The notes under the pieces: generated by a model
The model's database searches: none
The model's input: the letters and a program-made list of their open reading frames with translations, nothing else
Told to the model about the DNA's origin: nothing
Shown here: positions 60,851-64,000 of the stretch, in pieces
Layout: every line of letters begins with the position of its first letter
How positions within the stretch are numbered: the stretch's first letter is position 1
Source of the DNA: Candidatus Levybacteria bacterium CG2_30_37_29
Lineage (GTDB): Bacteria > Patescibacteriota > Microgenomatia > Levybacterales > GWA1-39-11
Direction of reading: 5' to 3'
Length of the DNA: 64,000 nt
NCBI GenBank assembly: GCA_001873215.1
Contig: MNYS01000008.1
Span: 66,657-130,656 of the forward strand
Made by a program: the position numbers and the translations under genes

Positions 60851-63106
60851 GTGTATAATGATAGTTACTTCATGAAACAAATACTAACGATTGTTGTGGT
60901 TGTTTTTACGGTTGTTAGCCTTATTGCAATCACATTTACCTTAAATCAAGTTAACCAGGAGTCAACGAGACTTGAGAATGATATCCAATACCGATCATCG
61001 CTTCTTGCTGATGGCCTTAAGGAATCTGTAGAACCAAATTTTATCAATAAATCAGATGCATATTTACAAACACTTGTTAAAAGATATGCAAATAGACAAC
61101 GTATTGCGGGTTTAGCAATCGTAGATAATACGGGCAATATTGTCGCAGTCTCTTCAAGCCTTCCAAAAGAGCTATCCCAACCTCAACAGATTGCGACAGA
61201 CGTCATGGATTCGGATAAGGCAGACGGAGACTTTGTGACGTTTAATGGGAAGAAATTGTATGTCTATGCTCAACCGCTCCATGACAAAAAAAGTGTTGTC
61301 GGTGCATTGCTTGTTGTCCAAAATGCACAGTATATAGATGGTAGGCTTCTTGAAATTTGGACGAATAACGCTTTGAGGATAATTATACAGGCGCTTCTTT
61401 TATCTGTTGCTATATTGCTGATCCTGAGGTGGATTATTTCCAAACCTATTCAAAAATTAGTCGAATCTCTTCAGTCCACAAGGCTTAATAGTAATAACCA
61501 TAACAATCAAACCTTTACGCAAAATCCCCTTTTTAACCCTCTTTTAAAAGAAGTCGCCCATATGCAGCAAAGTCTTATCCAAGCACGAATTGCGGCAAGT
61601 GAGGAAGCAAAAGCGAGCCTTGAAAAACTTGATTCCCCATGGACAGCAGAGCGTCTTAAGCACTTTGTAAAAGATTTAATAAAGAACAGACAGATTGTTG
61701 TTGTCTCGAATAGAGAGCCTTATATCCACATAAAAAATGGTAATAAAATTACTTATTATTTTCCGGCAAGCGGAGTGGTAACAGCGACCGATCTTTTGAT
61801 GCAATCAACAGGAGGAATATGGATTGCAAACGGAAGCGGTGAAGAAGACAAAGCAGTTGTTGACAGTAATGATCATGTACAGGTCCCTCCTGATGATCCC
61901 AAATACACGTTGAGACGCGTGTGGCTTACTGAAGAAGAAACACACGGTTATTATGAAGGCTTTTCAAATGAATGTCTTTGGCCGCTTACCCACTCTGCAC
62001 ACGTACGACCGACTTTTAGAAAAGAAGATTGGGAACAATACAGACAAGTAAATGAAAAATTTGCCGAGGTAGTTCTTAGCGAAATTAAAAATCTTAAAAA
62101 ACCTATCATTTTAGTACAAGATTTTCATCTTGCTCTTGTCCCTAGCATAATTAAAAAAACCAGGCCTGATGCAACCATAGGCATGTTTTGGCACGAACCA
62201 TGGGTGAGTGCGGAAACATTCAGTATTTTCCCCTGGAAAAAAGAATTTTTAGATGGGATGCTTGGAGCAGACCTATTAGGTTTTCATACGCAATTGCATT
62301 GTAATAACTTTATTGGAACAGTCGGCCACGAGTTAGAATCATTAATAGACTACGAACAGTATAGCGTTACGCGTGATGGCCATACGACGGCCATCAAACC
62401 GTTTCCTGTCAGCATCGCCTTTTCTAACGGTAACCATCAAGCAATAACTGAAGATGAGAGAGAAAAACAAGAAAAAATATTGAAAGATCTTAATATCCAT
62501 ACAAAATATATTGCCCTAGGAGTTGAAAGGCTTGATTATATAAAAGGAATCCTTGAAAGGCTCAAGGCTCTTGAAATTTTACTCCGCAACAATCCCTCAC
62601 TCCGAGAAAAACTCACTTTTATTCAGATAGCAGCGCCAACAAAAAAAAATGTGAAAAAATACCGTGAATTTGACGCAGAAGTAGCAAAAGAAGTTAACCG
62701 CATAAATAATTTATATCAAACACGCAACTGGAAACCGATTGTATTGCTTAAAAAGACTTATGCACATGAAGAATTGATCCAATTTTATAAACTCGCCGAT
62801 GTTTTACTTGTTACATCTCTCCACGACGGGATGAATTTGGTTGCGAAAGAGTTTGTAGCGGCTCGAGATGATGAGAAAGGCGTTCTCGTCCTTAGCCAAT
62901 TTGCCGGGGCTTCCCATGAGCTAAAAGACGCATTAATTATCAATCCATATAACGCTGATACAACGGCTGAAGCAATCTTTACTGCATTACAGATGAGTGA
63001 ATTTGAGCAAATAAAACGAATGAAAAAAATGCGCACTGCTGTAAAGAATTACAATATTTATCGTTGGTCGGCAGAGTTCCTAAAAACGCTAGTGAGCTTG
63101 GGTTAA
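60851..63106 (+). CDS. otsA: Trehalose-6-phosphate synthase (GT20, OtsA-like) fused to N-terminal 2-TM periplasmic sensor and HAMP-like linker
   Basis: Catalytic part IVVVSNREPY..., IGMFWHEPWVSAETFSIFPWKKEFLDGMLGADLLGFHT, C-terminal GMNLVAKEF. N-terminal TM1 (res ~11-31), ~140-aa ectodomain containing GLAIVDNTGNIVAVSS, TM2, then RWIISKPIQKLVESL. Confidence 0.8.
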   Translation: MYNDSYFMKQILTIVVVVFTVVSLIAITFTLNQVNQESTRLENDIQYRSSLLADGLKESVEPNFINKSDAYLQTLVKRYANRQRIAGLAIVDNTGNIVAVSSSLPKELSQPQQIATDVMDSDKADGDFVTFNGKKLYVYAQPLHDKKSVVGALLVVQNAQYIDGRLLEIWTNNALRIIIQALLLSVAILLILRWIISKPIQKLVESLQSTRLNSNNHNNQTFTQNPLFNPLLKEVAHMQQSLIQARIAASEEAKASLEKLDSPWTAERLKHFVKDLIKNRQIVVVSNREPYIHIKNGNKITYYFPASGVVTATDLLMQSTGGIWIANGSGEEDKAVVDSNDHVQVPPDDPKYTLRRVWLTEEETHGYYEGFSNECLWPLTHSAHVRPTFRKEDWEQYRQVNEKFAEVVLSEIKNLKKPIILVQDFHLALVPSIIKKTRPDATIGMFWHEPWVSAETFSIFPWKKEFLDGMLGADLLGFHTQLHCNNFIGTVGHELESLIDYEQYSVTRDGHTTAIKPFPVSIAFSNGNHQAITEDEREKQEKILKDLNIHTKYIALGVERLDYIKGILERLKALEILLRNNPSLREKLTFIQIAAPTKKNVKKYREFDAEVAKEVNRINNLYQTRNWKPIVLLKKTYAHEELIQFYKLADVLLVTSLHDGMNLVAKEFVAARDDEKGVLVLSQFAGASHELKDALIINPYNADTTAEAIFTALQMSEFEQIKRMKKMRTAVKNYNIYRWSAEFLKTLVSLG

Positions 63107-63112
63107 ATTTTA

Positions 63113-64000
63113 TGAGATTAGCAATTATTGGATCAAATTATATTAACATAGACAAAAACAGCCGGAAAGGTACAGAAATCTTCACGTATTCCCTTATTCA
63201 GTCACTGGCAACACATGCGAAAGCAAACAGCTTGAAGATTACCGCTTTTGCGTCCGGCAAATCAAAGCTTCCCGTACCTATTGAGAGTATCGATTATTTG
63301 CCCTCAAATTCATATAAAAATATTCATGAATATAATAAACATTTCATCTTTGAATTGGCTCTTATTTCAAAGGCGATATCTCGCGAGAAAGAATTTGACG
63401 TTTATCATATGAATATTGGCGATGGAGATCTAATATTACCATTTGCGCAATTTGTCTCAAAGCCCATTGTCATTACCTTACATCGCATCATCGACGAGGA
63501 ATATACAAGAAAATATTTTTCTTTATTTCAAGAAAACAAAAATGTACATTTTATATCAATAAGTAATTACCAGAGAAAAATATTGCCCCATATTAATTAC
63601 CTTACAACAATTTACCACGGCATAGATACGTCAGTCTTTCAATTTCATGCAACAGGAGGAAATATAATCATGTGGGCCGGAAGAGCAATTCCTTCAAAAG
63701 GACCGGATGTGGTAATTGAAACAGCAACCCAAATGAAAAAGGAAACCGTGCTTTATGGTATATCCAAACCTGAACACAAACAATGGTTGTATGAAAATAT
63801 CTTAAAAAAAATTGAAACAAATCCTTCAATACATTTTATTACCGACAAAAACAGGTATGAACTTATACCATTTTTCCAAACAAGCAAACTTTTTCTCTTT
63901 CCAACTACCGAGGAACACTTTGGATTGGTATTGATAGAAGCAATGAGCTGCGGTACTCCGGTGGTTGCCTATGGGGTCGGATCTATTCCGGAAATAGTCA
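63113..64000 (+). CDS. GT4-family glycosyltransferase (3' end outside window)
   Basis: ATG at 63113. ...FPTTEEHFGLVLIEAMSCGTPVVAYGVGSIPEIV resembles the GT4 E-x7-E region. No stop within the window. Confidence 0.75.

Overview
This is a 64-kb, AT-rich window with very high coding density, short intergenic spacers and frequent start/stop overlaps. Every stop codon I checked was TAA or TAG except one TGA (at 52631), so the standard code applies. The gene content is consistent with a reduced Patescibacteria/CPR-like genome, but that assignment is inference, not proven here. It includes type IV pilus genes pilB (partial), pilT and pilC; many secreted glycan- and cell-wall-degrading enzymes; no rplI in the rpsF-ssb-rpsR cluster; and many small hypothetical proteins. 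Housekeeping genes identified with confidence: gyrB and gyrA (separated by a hypothetical gene plus ppa), folD, a Xer tyrosine recombinase, ruvC, yebC, a Kef-type antiporter, an RluA-family pseudouridine synthase, an Lgt-like protein, an MFS transporter, efp, dnaB, cysS, purB, ctpA, rpsR, ssb, rpsF, a nucleoside hydrolase, hisS, an EamA transporter, rpmE, prfA (RF1), proS, prs, ybaB, dnaX, ybeY, rpsU, a HIT protein, ychF, a membrane-sensor-fused OtsA (GT20), and a partial GT4 glycosyltransferase at the 3' edge. RNA genes found: tRNA-Leu(CAA) on the + strand at 27938-28023 and tRNA-Ala(CGC) on the - strand at 31681-31751; the tRNA-Ala is flanked on both sides by tRNA-derived fragments. I found no rRNA and no CRISPR array. 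Items that deserve a second look, in order of interest: (1) a tandemly duplicated, translationally coupled two-gene module of unknown function at 50175-52984; (2) a ~1-kb ORF-free convergent gap at 16946-17936 containing GC-rich palindromes, which may hold an ncRNA; (3) the tRNA-Ala locus with its half-tRNA remnants; (4) the sensor-TM-HAMP-OtsA fusion; (5) a three-gene secreted/PRTase-like operon at 33783-35825; and (6) several orphan gene pairs (12668-14036, 41344-42495, 58332-59526).
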